From: the human T2T-CHM13v2.0 reference genome, Homo sapiens
Reading direction: 5' to 3' (one strand)
NCBI RefSeq assembly: GCF_009914755.1
Contig: NC_060926.1
Length of the DNA: 64,000 bases
The notes below the pieces were generated by a model. The model was given only the letters and a program-made list of their open reading frames with translations, ran no database searches and was not told the origin of the DNA. Below are positions 60,141-64,000 of the stretch, in pieces (positions within the stretch are counted from its first letter, which is position 1; each line of letters opens with the position of its first letter). A program made the position numbers and the translations under genes.

Positions 60141-61215
60141 AGACCAATCAGAGAATTCAGACTCTATCCTGAGACATTGGGATAGCCTTAAATGTGTTTT
60201 AATACTCGGATGATGAACAAGATGGTGACTTGAAAGATAAACCAAACACCAGGAAAGTGAGGAGACTGCACTAGAACCAGATAGACCACTTAGAAAGTAA
60301 GAAGTGATTAATTCTGAACCAGGGAGACTAAAACAGGAATCAATAAGAGGAAACAGAAAGATTTATCATTAAAACTTTGGAACAGTGAGGGGACAGAGGG
60401 AACATCAAGAATGACAGATTTCCAGCTTACATGATTCAGAGAATAAAGTTCTGAGAAAAAAAAAAAAAGAAAGCCAGGAAAAAAAATAAAATGTTAGACC
60501 TGGAAAATTCCTTTAAAATTATCATGTCCACATGCTGTCTTTTATAGATAATGACTGCAGGCAAAAGCTAGTGCTGAAGAAAACAGAGGGGCTTTGATTT
60601 TAGTGAGTTTTCAGAACATGATTCTCATCACTTCAGAGGCCAGGAATGGAAACACCCACTTATGGGAAACAGCAGACACCTTAGGCAGAGTCACATCCGG
60701 CCCCTGCATGAGGCTCATCCCACCTCTCTTGCTCCCTCTGTGCTGCCCAGAATCTGCCCTAAGCATTGGGTCATCTCCCCTCTGAATCCTGAGGGCTTTC
60801 TCATTTCCCTGCCTGGCGTCACCCTTTACCTAAGTCTGTGCCTTTTACTTTGGCCCCAGATTCATCACCCTTGCTTATACCTGCCCTGGGAACATTTGTG
60901 CTAGTTCCATAGTACCCCTTTCTCCATTCTTCTTTATTCACTCCTCCACATTCATTCATCCAACATTTTTATAAGTTCTGGAGATAGAATGGTAAGCAAT
61001 ACATTTTCAGTGCTTTCGAAGGCTTACATTCTAAAATGAAATCAAGTTCTCCCCCACTCCCCTAAAAGAGGAAACAAATAATTACAACAAAATAATTTAA
61101 AATCATGGTAAGCACTAGGAAGAATAAAAAATCTGTGATGAAGATAAGCAAAAGAATATAGAATTGTGAATACAAAATTAGGTAGAAAACTAAGTTTATT
61201 AAGAACGAGGAAAGG

Positions 61216-61346
61216 GGCCAGGTGTGATTTACACCTGTGGTCCCAGCACTTTGGGAGGCCAAGGCAGGAGGATTGCTCAAAGCCAGGAGTTCAAGATCAG
61301 CCTGGGCAGCAAAGCGATACCTTGCCTCTTAAAATAAATAAATAAA
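61216..61346 (+). mobile_element. FLAM-type Alu monomer
   Basis: GGCCAGGTG..GAGGATTGCT..CCAGGAGTTCAAGA..(AAAT)n. Confidence 0.85.
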
Positions 61347-61419
61347 TTATTAATAAGAAGAAGAAAAGAAATCACACAAATTACAAATTTTTAAAAGTGT
61401 ATAGAAACTACAGTTTTAA

Positions 61420-62060
61420 AAAATCTTTCTAGTGATTTGAACCTTTTATGATTATGAAGTGATGCACTTTAGTGCTAATAATACTTTCTATCTTAAAGTC
61501 TACTTGTGTGATAATAATATAACTACATGAACTTTTTTTAAGTTACGATAAAACTAACCACGATGTATCTTTTTCCATTATTTTACTTTCAACCTTTTTG
61601 AAACTTTGTTTTTAATCTTTCTCTTATAAACAGCCTATACTGGTTTTTTCTTAAATTCAATTTTAAAAAACCTTGTTTCTTAACTGGAGCATTTGATCCA
61701 TTTACATTTAGTGAAATTACTGATATTTTTGAGTTTAGATCTGTCATCTCATTATGTGTTTTATTAAGCCACCTCTTCTATGTTCCTTTTCCTCTCCTTT
61801 CATGCGTTCTTTTGGGTTGGTTACTTTTTATTATTCTACGTTTTTTTATCTACTAGTTTGGAAGTTCCACACACTTTTCCACTCTCTTAATGATTATCCT
61901 AATGAATCATGAGGGCTTTTTTTGTTTTGTTTTATCTGGCTTATTTCTTTATTTATCCTAATTGCCTGAGTAGAACCTCCAGGACAATGTTAAACAGAAG
62001 TGACAAGAGCACATATCTTTTTCTAGTTCCTGATATGAGGAGGAAAACATTCAGTGTCAT
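61420..62060 (-). mobile_element. Ancient L1ME fragments
   Basis: T-rich antisense L1: TGATCCATTTACATTTA..ATTACTGATA; AGAACCTCCAGGACAATGTTAAACAGAAGTG. Confidence 0.6.
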
Positions 62061-62162
62061 GCTATAGCACCTAGCTCCCAGCTGAGATTTTTAAGCTCAG
62101 ATTTTATCTCTATGAATGTAGTAAGCATAGTGGTTCTACAATCCATATTGAATCATTTCGGT

Positions 62163-62586
<424 letters not shown>

Positions 62587-62722
62587 TGAAGCCTTAGACG
62601 GTGTTATTTTCCTTCAGAGAGACTTTTTACCTTCTGTCAGGTACCTGGTGGGAACCAAGGTTTTCTGAGTCACCAAGGTGACCTACCAAAATATAGTCAT
62701 ATCCTTATTCCCAGGGCACATC

Positions 62723-63288
62723 TGTCTTAGTCGATTTGGGCTGCTATAACAAATTACCCATAGACTAGGCGGCTTAAACAACAAATATTTATTTCTCACA
62801 GCTCTTGAGGCTAAAACAATCAAGGTCAAGTTGCTAGTAGATCCAGTGTCTGGTGAGGCACTCTTCCTGGTTTGCTGACAGCCATCTTCCTACTATGTCC
62901 TCACATGGTAGAGAGCAGGTAGAGAGCAAACTTCTTATAGAGATCTGCTTATTTAAAAGTGTGTAGCACTTCCCCTCATGCTCTCTTGCTCCTGCTCCCA
63001 CCATGTAAGACGACTGCTCCCCCTTTGCCTTTTGCCATAATTGTAAGTTTCCTGAGGTCTCCCCAGAAGCCAAGCAGATGCCAGCATCATGCTTCCTGTA
63101 CAGCCTGCAGAACCATGAGCGAATTAAGCCTCTTTTCTTTATAAATTACCCAGTCTCAGGTATTTCTTTATAGCAGTGCAAGAATGAGCTAATACATCCA
63201 CCTTCTAATACCATCAAATGTGGTGGATTTGGAGTCAAGATTTCAACATATAAATTGGGAGAAGGACACAAACGTTTAGTCCATAGCA
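62723..63288 (-). mobile_element. MLT1A-like LTR containing a plus-strand MST LTR 3' half (about 62940-63196)
   Basis: TGTCTTAGTC..GCTGCTATAACAAA..CAAACGTTTAGTCCATAGCA; inner TTTAAAAGTGTGTAGCAC..CTTTATAGCAGTGCAAGAATGAGCTAATACA. Confidence 0.85.
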
Positions 63289-64000
63289 ATATCCCTTTGA
63301 GATCTGAGTCCTGAGCAAGGAGTGTTTCAACAATTTTCCCACCATTAGAGGGCACAGGACTCTTATCCCTGTCCCTGCCAAGGTAGTGTGTGACTCTACC
63401 TTTCATCCTTTTCCCTGGAATAGGAACGTGTATCCAGCATAAACACATTTTTGAATGGTGAAGCCCTTCAGGGTCTTAACCTCCTGACTCCAACTTTTAT
63501 CTCCTTCCTACACTAACCTGCCAAAAGGGTAACCTAGTCCCAATCTTTGAACACCACCCGGGCAGAAGCCACTGAGGCTGCCTATCTTTCTCAAGCTGAT
63601 CATAATTTCATAATTCTTCACTATTGTTTTTCCTTATTGTTCCTTTTAAGACTATTTTTTCTACCCAGTTTTTTAGTTGTCTTTAGAGGGAGGGTTATTA
63701 CCAAAGCCAGAAAATTCTATTTTCATTTTAGTAACATTACCCTCCGAACAGTAGATGAGAGGATATTTTTCTTTTTAGATGTGTAATAATCCATCTGATT
63801 AACAAAGAAAGAATGAAAAATCTTGTTTTCATTAAAAAAATCTTGTTTTCATATAAAAAAATTGTTTTATAACAGCCTATGAAGTAATGCATGTAGGCAT
63901 CTAATTAATATCTGCTATATCACTAAGTGAGGGATATCCAGACATCAGCATAGGAGAATACAACGCCACCTATGAAGTAGTCACCCCCTCAGAAAAAATC

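Noticed and set aside
63817-63872. Short tandem duplications (also 29450-29510, 19390-19430 and (CAGTG)n at 29986-30017)
   Set aside because: Routine slippage products with no further structure

Overview
Human genomic DNA (an AluYa5 with all five diagnostic changes is present), AT-rich and dominated by retrotransposon remnants; well over half of the window is LINE-1. I found no intact cellular protein-coding gene, RNA gene or CRISPR array, and the long ORFs are L1 ORF1/ORF2/ORF0 fragments. Repeat subfamily names are from recalled consensus motifs and need RepeatMasker/Dfam confirmation. The most notable structures are: (1) two head-to-head L1PA elements (41239-45128 minus, 49598-54551 plus), each with its own target-site duplication (TSD), that share many non-consensus ORF2 variants, suggesting gene conversion and a possible inversion substrate; (2) an intact, extended L1 ORF0 pointing from the plus copy towards the minus copy; (3) two probable L1 3' transductions; (4) a fold-back inverted duplication with deletion at 57.6-58.9 kb; (5) several microhomology or templated repair scars; (6) a weak candidate for a decayed multi-exon minus-strand gene at about 5.7-9.6 kb. 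I cannot support a new biological system from the sequence alone.
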